In this document: positions 13,314 to 25,700 of the stretch, piece after piece | Numbering within the stretch: the stretch's first letter is position 1 | Layout: each line of letters begins with the position of its first letter | From: Cyanophora paradoxa CCMP329 | Lineage: Eukaryota; Plantae; Glaucophyta | Length of the DNA: 55,872 nucleotides | Assembly: GCA_004431415.1 (NCBI GenBank) | Contig: QPMI01000650.1 | Span: forward strand, 1 to 55,872 | Direction of reading: 5' to 3' | Made by a program: the position numbers and the translations under genes | Notes under the pieces: model-generated | What the model saw: the letters and a program-made list of their open reading frames with translations, nothing else | What the model was told of the DNA's origin: nothing | Database searches by the model: none

Positions 13314-14935
13314 TCACTCCCGGGACCAGAACTTGAGGGTCGCGGGCTGCAGAAGGCCCGCGAGGAACTCCGGTACCCCCTCGTCCCGCGCGTCCGCCGC
13401 CATCTGCCGCGTACCCGCCCCCGCGGTCGCGCTCGAAAGCAGGGCCTGAGGACGGGTACAGCGCACCGGGCGGCGCTGGAGCGCGAGGGCGTCCCCCGCC
13501 GCGGGGCTCTTGGGAGCCACCGCCTCCAGCTTCTGCAGCAGCGCCGGCTTCTGCGGGCGGGGGTGGGTACGGGCCTCTACGGGGGAATGGAAGGGTGGGG
13601 GGTACGCGAACTCGCGCACCTGCGCGAGGACGAACTCGAGGAGGGCGCCCTGCTTCATGCGCTGGAGGCCGAGGGCGGGGGGCGCCCAGAGCCCCGGGTT
13701 CAGCCGCACGAACCTGCCGGATGCGGGCGCCTCAGCTGAAGCCGAAGACATCCGAAAGCAAACGAAGGCAGGACAAGCAGACACGCACTCGGGCCAGGCG
13801 GCCGGCTCGGGCCCAAGGGGTATCTCGTTAAGGAGCGCGACGCGCATCTCGGCGAGCGTCGCCTCGTCCTCGGGGTCCTCCTCCAGCGCCGGCAGCGCCT
13901 GCGCGTGTCGGATTCGATCTTAGAGGAGAGGCTCAAGAAGCTTAAGCTTACGCTTAAGAAAGCTTAAGAAGTTTAAGCTCAAGCTTTAGAAGCTTAAGCT
14001 CAAGCTTTAGAAGCTTAAGCTTTAGAAGCTTAAGCTTAAGAGGAGAGCGGCCGCTGACCGCGGCGGCGGCGTCGAGGCGGGCGATGGCGACGTTCGCGTA
14101 GACCTCCATCGCGCGGCTGAACTCCGCTGCGCGCCGCTTCGCATTCGAATTCGAATTCGAATGCGCGGACGCGGCCGCGGCGCTCGCACCGTCGTTCATA
14201 AGGAGGCGGACGCTCGCGTCGAAGCCCGCGTCGTCTGCCTGCGCGTTCGGCATCCGATCGGGGGATCAAATCTCGGCAGCGTTTGAATCGCGGGCTGGCG
14301 CTGGGGCTCGCCAGGCCGCTGGGGAGGCGGAACTCCTCGGCGGCGCTCTTGCAGGCCTCGTGACGCTCCCTGTACCGCTCCATGATGGCGTCCACCTCCC
14401 GCGACATGCCAGAAACGAGCTCGAGCGTCGCCAGCAGCCGCTCCGTCGCCCCGCGCAGCTCCCGCTCGTACGCCGCGATGCCGTCGTCCGCGTCGGGCTC
14501 GCTCGCCGGCGCCGAGGCCGAGGGCGCCGGGACGGGCGAGCTCGAGGCGAGTGCGTCCCTGCGGAGCGAGGGTGAGGGAGGGGCCCGCGAGGGACGAGCG
14601 GCCCGGCGCCGGGGATCCGGAGTGGCCGGGCGTACGGGATCTGCGAAGCGGATCGCGCACCTTGCAACGCGCTTGAACGACGCGCCCCCGACCGGCGAGC
14701 CGGAGAAGAACCTTGACCGCTTGATCGCCTGCCCTTCGAGCCGGCGGGGCTCAGGGATCGGGCTGCGGGCCGCGGGGCTCTGCGTCCGCGCCCGATCCTG
14801 GAAGCGAGTCCTGCAGCTGGGTCCAGCGGGGTGCTGCGGGCTGACAGCCGGCGCCGGTGCTGCGGCCGGCAGGCCACGCGACACCGGCGCAAAGCCAGCG
14901 AACGCCAGCTGCCTGGGCCCTGGATATGGGTCCAT
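13314..14935 (-). CDS. Hypothetical spliced protein
   Basis: Exon-like segments DDGIAAYERELRGATERLLATLELVSGMSREVDAIMERY, EFSRAMEVYANVAIARL, MKQGALLEFVLAQ and TLKFWSRE*, with introns including an (AAGCTT)n tract. Confidence 0.55.
13935..14040. repeat. (AAGCTT)n / CTTAAG palindromic microsatellite in an intron
   Basis: About 100 bp built from AAGCTT, CTTAAG and TTAGAAG units. Confidence 0.9.
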
Positions 14936-15103
14936 CAGACTCGCAGCTAACCGCGCCTACTGGATTTTTTTGTCGATCCCGCGCCCCAAGATACGGCGGC
15001 TCGGCTCCCGGCAGCGCCACTAAAGCCTCCGGCCGTCAAGCGGCGCGGGGCGATCTAGACCACGGCTGCAGCACAGCCAGATCAAGAAGGTTCATAGATC
15101 GGG

Positions 15104-17409
15104 ATGCTAGACCGGCAGAACAAGCTGCGAGGACGCTGCGTCGAGTGCGACTGCTCCGAGTACGAGCTGCCGCTGAGTGGGCACATCTGCGACTACTGTG
15201 GTGCGCTTGTTCGAGCTAGCAACCGCAACGTCCACCACCAGCCTGGGCCGCGGCGCTGTACTGGAGGGACTTGTACGCTTACCGTCGCGTCCAGGTCACC
15301 GGCCGACGGCGCACGAGCTGGGATCGCAGAATGTGCACCTCGGCAGCATGACTCGCTGCGACTCGTTCTGCACGGGTGCGAGCCGGGCTGCGAAGCGGGC
15401 TGCGAAGCCGCAGCGCTCCGGCTTTTGTTGACTAGGCCGGCCGCCGTTGCCGTTCTGCTGCGCAGAGGGCACGTCGGGCGCGGGAGCGCTCTCGACAGAC
15501 GGCGAAGGGAATTCCTTGAGGCTACTTGTGCCCGGCTCCGCCAGGGGGACGGGCGGCGAGTCGTCAACGCCATCGCCGCTTGCGCCGCCGCGCGTCGGGA
15601 GCTGCTCGTCGGGAATGGCGGCCCTGGGGGAGTGCGACTCCGCGTCGAATTCGAATCTGGCGGCCGGCGCCTCCCGCGCGCGGTCGAACCCGTGCCGCCT
15701 GATCCGCCCCATCGCACCCGACGGCGACCGGCCCAGCGCCGAGTCCGCCTCGATCCAGGCCCCGCAGGCGCGCCGGCCCGAGGGGGCGAGCCCCAATCCT
15801 TTCGGCTTCACCGCCGCAGTCAACCGCAACTACCGATCGGCATCCCCCTCCGCCCGCTGCTCCACCCCGATGGGCGGTCCGCCTTCCGCCCGGCCCCGCG
15901 CCCACTTCGCCTCTGAAAGCCTCGCCCCCGCCCCCGCCTCGCGCAGACAACGAGCGCGCCGGAGCGAACATGCCCAAGCACATAACTCTCATCCGGCACG
16001 GTGCGCTACCCGAGCCCTTGGCCCCTCCTCCCTCCCGAGCGCGGGCGATCGGGCCGCAGGCGAGTCCGAGGCGAACGTCAACTGGTCCATACTCGAACGG
16101 GAGCCCGACCACCAGGCGAGCCGTACCCCGGCGACTCTTCTCCCCCTCTCAACCTCACCGTACCCCCAGATCCACATCACGGAACGGGGCAGGCTCCAGG
16201 CGAGGGAGGCCGGGCGGGCGCTAAAGGCGAGGATAGGGAACCAGCCGGTTCGCCCGGGCCCCCTCCCCACTCCCTTTATTCCCTTCCCCGTCCTCTTCGA
16301 ATCCGTACCCCCCAGGTCGCCTTCTTCGTCTCGCCCTACCGGAGGACGGTGCGCTTGAACTGTACCCCCTCCCAACTTCTTCGCCCCCCTCCCCCTGACG
16401 GGTACGGCAGGTCGAAACGTTCGAGTGCATCGCGGAGGCTTTCGACCCATCTCTCCTCTGCGTACGCTTCGAGCCCCGGATACGCGAGCAGGCACGTACC
16501 CCCCTTTCCTCCCCCCCTTCGGAACAATCCCAGATCCCTTTCTGAGGCCCGTGCAGGACTGGGGAAACTTCCAGGAGCGTGACGTCATCGCGAAGGCGAA
16601 GCGGGACCGCTCCAAGTGCGGCGCCGCAGTACCCCTCTTCTTCCCCTTTTCATCGCGCCGAGGGCGTACCCCCGCAGGTTCGGGAGCTTCTACTACCGCT
16701 TTCCCAATGGCGAATCGGGGGCCGATGTGTACGATCGCGTGAGGTGCCGTACCCCTCCCGTGGGCCCTCTCCGTTCGCACCCGCAAGACGCCCCTACCCC
16801 CCGCAGCACGCTCCTGGAGACGCTCTACCGCGACTTCAGGAACCCGGTACGCCCCCTCTGAGAGACGTTACCCCTCCCCTTCGAGCGATTCGGGGGGTAC
16901 GCAGGCGTTCCCGAGGGAGCTCATCATTGTCACGCATGGCCTCACGCTGCGCCTCTTTCTCATGCGGTGCGGCGGGGGCCGGAAGCGGGTCCCGCCCCGA
17001 TTCGAACCTGAGTCCATGAACAGGTGGTTCCACATGTCCGTCGAGGAGTTCGAGGCTAGCGAGAACCCCGAGAACTGCGGTTCGAACCCGCACCGCCCCC
17101 GCTTCTCGCGCGGTTTCGGGTTCGAGTCCGGGCGGCAGAGTTCTATACGATGGCGCTGCAGTCGACGGGCCGCTACAGGCTCGAGAGGTGCGCGCCGGCG
17201 TACCCCTGCCGCCCCCCAAAGCGGCGCACAAGCGCACAAAGCGCCGGCTCTGATCGCGAGCCCGCAGGCCGCTGCGGATGAAGCGGGAGGCTCAGTTCGA
17301 GTGCGACGACGGGGGGGACGAGGAGGCGAGCCCGCGGGGGTACGCGCAGCGGGAGGAGCAGAGGGCGGCCCTCGAAGAGCAGCGGGCCGCCCTGCAGGAG
17401 CCCACCTAG
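15104..17409 (+). CDS. Histidine phosphatase (phosphoglycerate mutase-like, DET1-type) with an N-terminal Cys/His motif
   Basis: Spliced motifs LIRH|GESEAN, FVSPYRRT, EPRIREQ|DWGNFQ, FYYRFPNGESGADVYDRV, IIVTHGLTLRLFLMR|WF. N-terminus CVECDCSEY...CDYCG|HRPTAH. Confidence 0.88.
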
Positions 17410-17607
17410 AGGCCGCCCCGGCCCGGCCCCCCGGGCCCCGCCGGCCGTCGGCGCCCCGCGGGGTCCGGGATCCAAGCCAAGGCTCGGTGTACCCTTCCGT
17501 GCTCCAAAGTTTTGCTGTCTTTTTAACCGTTGCTGGGTAGCCTAGTAGAGTGGGTTAGCATGCGTAGACTCTGAGATGTAATTGTTACATACAGCGCTAG
17601 CTAGAAG

Positions 17608-19683
17608 CTACAGCTGCGCGAGGGCCTCGGTGCCGGTGGGGTCGGGGCCGGGGCTCGCGGCCGCGGTGGCGGGGCCAACCCCTCCGCCGCCGCCGCCGCC
17701 GCCGCCGCCGGCGGCGGCGCGGGCGAGCTCGAGGAGGGCCCGGAGGCCGGCCTCGTCCGCCCTGCGGAAGAAGTTCTCCGGGTCCTGCTCGGGAAAGGCC
17801 TCGTACTGCGTCGGACGTCAGGTGATCTGATCTATCTGATCTGATCCAAGTCGGGCGGCTCTGACTCTGAGCGCGCGCGCGCACCTTGGCGACGCGGAAG
17901 CGGGCGAGGGCGGCGCGCGCCGCGGCGGAGTGCAGGCAGTGCTCTTCGGACTGCAGGGGGTACGGCTCGGAGGCCAGCGTCACCTGAGCGCTCGTTGGTT
18001 CGAGGGGGGGTGGGGTACGAGGACGGAGGCGGAGGGGGATATGGCGGACCCAGACGATGCGCAGGAGCTTGGGGATACTCGCCAGCGCCCGCAGACCTGC
18101 GCCCGCCCGAGTCGGCGCGGGGAGTACGAGTTTGCCGCGCGGTGGCGTGCACTTACCCCCCTCGAACTGCTCGTCCCCCGCCCAGCCATCGCCGGCCAGC
18201 GGCCAGCAGAGCTGGACGTACGCGTGCTCCGACAGGTGCCTCTCCAGCAGATTGAAGAAGGCGCCTGGCGGGGTACGCGCATCGGATGGCGGGAATCCGG
18301 ATAGAAAGCCGGGGCGCGATGACGCGGGTACCGGGATCCGTGTCGGGGTACGAGCAATGCTCGTCGAACTCGATCTTTACGTCGGGGAGATCGTGCAGTG
18401 CCTCTGAGGTGGGGGTACGGCGAGGTAAGATGCGAGATGGGGAGGGACAGCGCGGGGGGTACGCAGATCGCACCGAGGAGCCGCCGCAGGAGCGGGGGGT
18501 GCAGGACGCAGCGGCGGAAGACGACCCTGGAGGGGGTACACGCATCAGGCCGGCCGTCGAGGGGGGTACAGGCGCGGAATCCGTCTTCTCGCACATGCGG
18601 AGGCCGGGGGGGAACTCGAGGGGCTCGGGGAGGGAGGCGGGGAGGGTGCAGTCGTCGAGGGTGAGGGAGGGGCGCTCCCAGGAGTCCCAGGAGAAGTCCC
18701 GGGGGTACAGGGCGGCGGCGCAGGCGGCGAGGGCGAACGGGTGCGACGCGAGGTCGACGCCCTCGAGGTGGATCTTCCCGACGCGTACCCCGGAGTCCGC
18801 GAGGGCGAAAACGTCCTCCTGGGAGCAGCGGGGCCAGGGCATGTACAGGCTCCGGACGTGCGTGAGGGCGGGGAGGGCGGCCAGCATGAGGCGGGGGCAG
18901 ATCCACCCGAGGGGCGCCTCGATGACGCGCAGCGACGGGTGGCGGAGGCCCTGCGCTGCGCGAAACCGATCGACCGTGAGCGGCGCAGGCGGAGTCGGTG
19001 CGGGTCGGATAGGCTCGCGCGCCCTGTCGGGATCGAAGTCGACGGTGTAGCAATGGATGGGCCCCATGGCGAGCAGGGCGAGGTCGGGCGCCGTCTCGTG
19101 CAGGCGCAGCGCGCGGACGGGCGCCACCGTGTCGGGCCAATGGCCGAACGAGAGGAGCAGCCGGCGGAGCGTGCGCGGGAGGGCGTCGCCGACGGCCGCC
19201 GCCGCCGGCCACTGCGGGTCGCCGCGCTCCGGGCCCTGGATGAGGCCTAGGGACTGCTCGCCTGTGAAGTGGAGGCTCAGACGCGTCACGCCCGTCGAGA
19301 AGGGGCTCCGCAGCGCCGCGAGGGCGCGCGCGTTCGCCTCCGCCGCATCCGCGGCCATCCGCGCCTCCGCATCTGCGTACTCCTCCCTCACGCTGCGAGC
19401 GCGCACGTCAGGCGCAATCCGCCGCATGCCAGAGCCTGGCTCACATCACTCTGAGCGCGGTGGACGGGGCGCTGGGGTCGAGTGCGCAGGATCGCCACCG
19501 GCGGCAGGCGAAGCTCGCCCGCGCCCGGTCGTGCACTTCCAGGAGCGCGAAGACGGCCGAGAGCAGCTCGTCGGGCAGTGCGGCCACCGGTGCGCCAGCC
19601 TCGCCCGCCGCTGCAGCTGGAGCTGGAGCTGCCATCGCCGTCGGATGCGCCGCGGTAGATGGGCTCACGGCCAACTCGGCCAT
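17608..19683 (-). CDS. F-box protein, possibly with degenerate LRR-like repeats
   Basis: LPDELLSAVFALLEVHDRARASFACRRWRS is a canonical F-box. Leu-rich downstream exons (LPRTLRRLLL, LPALTHVRSLY). Stop at 17608. Confidence 0.8.
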
Positions 19684-19914
19684 CACCGACTGGTGTATCC
19701 GAGGGCGTCCAGGAAGCTGGGCGGCCGAGTTCGATTTGCACGCCGCTCGCGCTGTACCCCTTCTCTCCGACCCCTGTACCCCTGCACCGCATCTCTCTGT
19801 ACCCATGAACACCGACTCCCCTGTATCCCAGTGCTAAAGGCTGGCTGATCATGATGAGACGCGTCCAATGCCGCGTACAGACAGGCGGCCCTTGTCGCTG
19901 GGTGCCGGCATGGG

Positions 19915-21767
19915 TCACTCGCGGGACACGCCCAGCGGGCTCGTCCGGACCTCCCCGTCCTGTACCCAGTCCCCCACCGGGTTCCCCTGAAGAGGATCAG
20001 AGGGCGCGGGAGGGGGAAGGGCTTCGGCCGGGGGGGGGAGGGGGGGGTACGCACCTCGTCGTCGAAGAAGCGGCCGCGGCGGGCCCAGAAGGTGGAGAAG
20101 CGGAAGAGGATGCGGGGAACGGTCAGGAAAGAGACGTCGCCGCCCGTACCCGACACCGCCAGGATCTTCGGCACTGCGCCCGAGGCTAAGAAACGCGACA
20201 TCGATGCTTCTGGGGTACAACTTCAACTGAGGCGCTTAAGCTTCTTCCTGCTCACCGAGGTCGGAGGCGACGTTCGCGGGCGTCTCGGCGAGCACGTTGA
20301 AGAAGCGGCGCTGCAGGGGCGTCGTCCCCGAGAGCAGCAGGTCCGTCAGCACCTGCCCGGCGCCGGCGGGGGTACAGGAGTGAGGGTTGGGGATGGGGGG
20401 CGGGGGGGCGGGGGTCGCGGGGGGTACGCCGGACGGACCATGCCGGGCTGCAGGTTGTGGATGCCCACGCCCGTGCCCTTCGACTCCTGCGGCGGCAACG
20501 CGGTTCAGGTGCACCGAGTTTCGCGGGGCGGGGGTACGGGGCCGCGGGCGGGCCTTGACGAGGCTCTTGGTCAGCTGGGGGATGGATCGCTTTGTCGCCC
20601 CGTACGTCTGGGGGTACGACGCTCAGGCGCTTAAGAGAAGGGGGGGGGGGGGGGTCAGAGAAAGGGTACCGCGTAGGTGGGGGTCGGGTTCCCGGCCGTG
20701 CCCGCACCGACCATGTTCTAGGAGCCCAGCGTCAGAACAGAACGGGGGGTAGAAGATAGCACAGAGAAGGAAGCTGGCGAGCTCTTTAGAGCCTGGGAAG
20801 GGAGCCTAGGGGAGGCGGGCCGAGCGCACGAAGACGTGACCCGAGCCCTGGTCCTTCATCACGCGGAGCGCGGCGCGGCAGCCGTAGAGCAGGCCGAGTG
20901 TGTTCGCCTCCACCACCTGTGGGCCCATGCGAATTCGAATTCGAATCGAGGCGAGAAGCTTGGGCGGGGGCGCCCGCTCGCGCACGTCGCGGATGCGCTC
21001 CGGAGGGAATTCGGTGAGCGGGGAGAGCTGGTAGCCGTTCGCCCCCGCGTTGTTGATCTGGCCGGGGGCCGCGCGCGCGCGCGCGCCCCGCGTGAGGCCG
21101 ACGACGAGAATTTGATCCGCGCGCGGGGCGAATTCGAATTCGAACCCAGTACGTGAGGGTGCCCAGCTTCTCCTTCGCGAATGCGGCGAGCCGCTCGACG
21201 TCCTCGTAGCGGGAGACGTCGCCGGCGAGGCCGTAGGCGCGGCCCCGCGCCCCCGCCTCCGCCTGCAGCATCGCCACAACGGCGTCCACGCGCTCCTGGC
21301 TCCGGCCCGTGATGACCACGTCGACTCCGTTCCTCAGGAGCTCACGCGCAAGGGCCAGCCCGATCCCCTGCGACCAGCGGCCGCGCACGCCGCGTCGGCG
21401 TCTGCACCGCGCGGCGACGTGCCCGCACGCGGTGCGGGCTGCGGCTGCGCACCTTCGTGGAGCCGGTCACCACAGCGCCGCCGGAGGAGCTACTGCTCGC
21501 GCTTGCCGCCGGCTGGCTGGCGGTGGCCGGTCGCTGCGGTTGGCACTTGAGCGCCGGCTGCGCGTGCGCTTCGGCCTTTCCGACGAATGCCACCGAGGCG
21601 GACCAACTCAGCGCGCTCGCTCGCTTGCCATCGGCCACATGCGAGCGTGGCCGCCGACCTGTGCCGGCTGCCGGTCGAGCGCTGCCGCCGGTGCAGCCCG
21701 GCACCTGCCGCGCCTGCTGCACGGATGCAGGCACTGAGGCACCGCAGAACGCGGCGCAGGCTTGCAT
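19915..21767 (-). CDS. Short-chain dehydrogenase/reductase resembling the chlorophyll(ide) b reductase NOL/NYC1 family, with a probable N-terminal targeting extension
   Basis: VVTGSTK|GIGLALARE, W|INNAG, YGATKRSIPQLTKSL (YxxxK), HNLQPGMV|LTDLLLSG, RRFFNVLAETP. The TDLLLSG and FFNVLAE segments are typical of NOL-like SDRs. Confidence 0.82.
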
Positions 21768-21851
21768 CGCTTGGTCTGCCTGGTCTGCCAGGTCTGGTTC
21801 GTCCCGGGTACTCGTCACGAAGGTTGCACGGCCGGCAGTTTCGTATTCGGG

Positions 21852-23430
21852 ATGAAGGCGAAAGCGTTCCTGGCGCTCGCGGCGCTCCTGGTGCTTCTGC
21901 AGCCCTCAACCGCGCTCTATATGCTCCTGAGCCCCGGAGACAAGCGCTGGTGCGTGTTCCTGGGTCTGGTTTCCGTGCTGCGGCTTACATGGGCGGCGCG
22001 CAGCTTCATCGTTGAGGTTCCTGTCAACACGCTCGTCGTGGGATCATACAAGTGAGCCGCGTCCCGGGCCGCTCGTCTCTCCTGGCGCTCGAATCGGCGC
22101 GGACCTCCCTGCGGCCCTGCCCTGAACCACACGCCTTCCTTTCGCTGATTATCGCTCGAAACATCCGCGAATGCGGCTACATTCGCTCGCGCTGCACGTC
22201 GTTATCGTTAGCGTCCACTCCGCAGGGCGCCGGACCTGCAAGCTACGGGGGAGCCCGGCGCGAACGGTAACCGCCGTCAGGGCCTGCGAATCACCGGTGT
22301 CGATCCGCAGAGCCGCCAACCGTGCGCTCTCAACCCTGCGCTCCCTCCCGCCGCCCGAACCAACTCACCGCGCGGCGCGCGCCGGGCCGAGCAGGTTCTT
22401 CGACCGTCCGTGCCGCGCCCGGCCAACCGGGTTGCGTTCTGCAAGCTTCGAAGTGACAGGCATCGTGCGCAGATATCACGCTGCCGGAGGGCCGCTTCGC
22501 GTTCACGAGCAAAGTGGGCGGCGAGCACGAGTTCTGGTGCGGCGCCGGCCCGAGCGCCCTGCCAGTCTGGCGCATCTCCCGCGGCCAACTCGTGAGGGCA
22601 GTGCCATGGCCCCCGTTGGCGGCTGGTTCGGCCGGAAGGCGTCCATGATGGTGCGGTCGGGGCCCTCTCGGCGTGGGGCGCGGCGCAGCGCGGCTGCCGA
22701 CCCGCTCCCTCCGCTCCGCAGCGCTTCCACCTCAACTTCAAGACGGGCGCAGAGGCCATGGACTTCGACAGCATGGTCCGTCACGCCCGCCTCCCCCGCC
22801 TCATCCGCGGCTCACGCTAGCGCTCACGGTCTCCGCGCGCGCGCAGGCGAAGCGGGCGCGCGCCCTTCCCCCTCCCAAGTCCCCTCCCCGCCCCGCCCCG
22901 CCCCGCTCAGCCCTGTCCTTCAGGACCACTTGTCCGAGATCGAGGTAGAGGTCCGCCGCCTGATCGAGACGGCCAAGGACGTCGCCGTGCGCATGCACGC
23001 CGCCGCTCGGCGCCTTCTAGATCTGCGCGCCGCCGCTCACTGTACGCTTCGCTCGTGGCGCTCCAGGCCGAGCTGAAGTACCAAGAGGTCCGTGGACCCG
23101 AGGCGCCCCGCGCCCGCTTTAAATTTCCCCGAGCGCGCGCCCGAACGCCGCCCACCCACCCCGCCCCGCCGCGCCCCGCCGGGCCGCCGCGCAGGAGCTG
23201 GAGACCGAGTTCCAGGCGGCGGGCGCCCGCACGAACCGCTCCATCGTTCTGTGGGCCGCACTCCAGGCGCGCTCGTTCGAATTCAAACTCGAATTCGAAT
23301 TTGATCTCGGGCCGGCGGAGCGAGCTGACGTCCACGGTCGCCCGCCTGGCAGACCCTCGTCCTCGTCTCGACGGCCTACCTGCAGCTCCAGCACCTGAAG
23401 CGCTTCTTCCGGGCGAAGAAGCTCGTCTAG
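21852..23430 (+). CDS. p24/emp24/gp25L (GOLD-domain) cargo receptor, alpha-type
   Basis: Signal peptide MKAKAFLALAALLVLL, FIVEVPVNTLVVGSYK, GRFAFTSKVGGEHEFC, HLSEIEVEVRRL, C-terminal HLKRFFRAKKLV* (FF plus KKxx retrieval signal). Confidence 0.92.
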
Positions 23431-23704
23431 CTGTAGAGTTGCATGCCGCAGATAGTGCAACCGACTGATTACGCATAAGTGTACTGATTCGCATCGCGTC
23501 TATATTTTTCCAGCGTCCTCTTTGTAAATGTCGAAATTAACCGGTAGGCAGGGAACGCTGACTGATCGTGAGTTATATACTTTTTGATTGATACAAAACG
23601 GAACCTATAATCTAATACACGCTGCGGATCGCGACACGGCGAGAGGGATTGTGGCCCCAGAGATAGGAAGGGCCCTTTCTAGATCTTTCTGTGAAATCGA
23701 GCAC

Positions 23705-24999
23705 CTAGTGCCGGCTACTCGTCGCCGGTCTTCTGGCGCTTGGGGGAGCCCTCGCCGCCGGCGGGGGCCGGGCTGGCACTGCGGCTGCGCTTGCCCTCGC
23801 CCTTGTCGGTCTTCTCGCCCTCCTCGTTGTTCGTGGGCTTCTCCTTGGCGGGCGAGCTGCGCGGCCGGCGTCAGGCGGGCGCCGCAGCAGCCAGCCGGGC
23901 GGGGGGCCAGGCCACACCGGCTAGCGGACCGAGAGCGGGACTTCGAGCGGCTGCGCGAGCGGCTGCGGCGCTCCCTGCGCCAGCGATGTCAGACCGGGGG
24001 ATGCCAAGCCGAAGAAAGCGACGGGTGAGCTCACTTGCGGTCCCGGGAGCGGGAGCGGGAGCGAGAGCGCTTCCGATCGCGGGAGCGCGAACGAGAACGA
24101 TCCCGGCGGCTGTCGCCGCCCCCGGCCGCGCCCGCGCCCCACTCCTTGCGGGAGCTGCCGGGGGCGGGTCGGCGGCCGCGCAAGGAGGTCACTTGGAAAG
24201 AGTTCAGGGGTGCTCACTTGCGGCAGTCGCGCGAGACGTGCCCCTCCTCACCACAGTTGTAGCACCGGTTCCTGCGCGCCGCCCGCGTCAGCGGGCCGCA
24301 CGGGCTGAAAGACAAGGCGCAGCGCCCAGGAGAACCCAGTGGAGGAAACAGAGAGAAAGAAAGAGCGGAAACGGTCGGCAGGCAGCGGCCGCCTCGCACC
24401 GGGCGAGGCATAGTCATGCACGCCGCGCCAAAGAACGCGAATCCCCCTCCCCTCCGCGCCGCGCTTCGCGAATGCGGAGGCGCCTCGAGAGGCCTCTCCC
24501 GCGGCGGCCAAAGCGCATCTCCCCCGCTCCCTCCTCATTGAGAGCACCCTCCCGCGCCTCTCCCAAGCTCCTGGCTCCCCGAAAGCGCCGCGCCAAAGAA
24601 CGCCCGCCGCGCGCGCGCCACGCCTTACGCCCCGGCCACCGCGCAGAATGGACTGGCCCTCAAGCGGGTAAGCACTAAAAGGCTCCCCTGGAAGGAAAAG
24701 GAAAGCCCCGCCATAGTCGATACACCGCACCTGCCATCGCCACGTTTGCAGTCGCGAGCCCTGCACGGAATCCATTAGGAAACGCAACGAACTCGATGCG
24801 CATGAAAGAAACGGACCAGTGACCCTCCTGGCCTAGAGTAGACAAGGAGAAACCGCATTGAGCGTTGAGAACGTTCGATAGCAGGCACGCAATCCTTACC
24901 GCAGTTGTAGCAACGCCCTGTGCAAGCAACTACGTCACAGAGAGAAGAAAGACAGCTGGCAAAACATCGCGGACCGGGGGGAGGACCGCGGCCCATCGG

Positions 25000-25034
<35 letters not shown>

Positions 25035-25523
25035 AGCCACCGGGGCCACCAGCGCCAGGGCCACCGGTCTTGTAGCCGCGCACATACTCGACCTGGAGGC
25101 GGCTGCCGTCGAACTCGTAGCCGTCCAACTTGTAAACCGCATCCTCGGCGTCGCGCCAATCGTCGTACTCGATGAAGGCGTCTGTGCACCAATTTGAGCC
25201 GCGGAACAGGACCCAATCGCTATCATTCGCGAGGACGAGCTCACATCCAGCCTTCATGTCGAACGAACGAATGCGCCCGTAGCGCGAGAAGAGGTCATCT
25301 GCCCGAGAAACCATCGTGAGCGGAAATCGCGACGGAAGGCCGCCTGAAACGAATGAAAAAGAAGTTTCGCTCACCGATATCACGCTCGCGCGTGCGAGAG
25401 GAGATCCTCCCGACGTCTGCGAGGTGGCGCGGGAAAACGGCGTGAGCACCGCCCTGTGTCGCACGCCGCTCTGGGTTGGGGTGGCAGCAGCCGCGCACAA
25501 ACTTTCGTCTCGCCGCGGCCCAT
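23705..25523 (-). CDS. RS2Z: SR splicing factor with an RRM, two CCHC zinc knuckles and an RS domain (RS2Z / SRSF7-like)
   Basis: MGRGETKVY|VGRISSRTRERDI|DDLFSRYGRI...AFIEYDDWRDAEDAV (RRM), RCYNCGQEGHWARDC, RCYNCGEEGHVSRDC, then RS dipeptide exons. Confidence 0.88.
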
Positions 25524-25700
25524 TTCTTCGCGAAGGCGACCCGCCGAACTCCGGTACCCAGGTCGAGTTACCCGTACCCTCGAGAACTCGGAGCCCAAAG
25601 GTATCTCTCCAGGCACACCGCGAGCTCGAGGCGCGATTGAGACAGCACAGAGCATGTGGAGGTAACGCCAGGCGCCGCGGCGCGACCTCACCGCGCCAGG

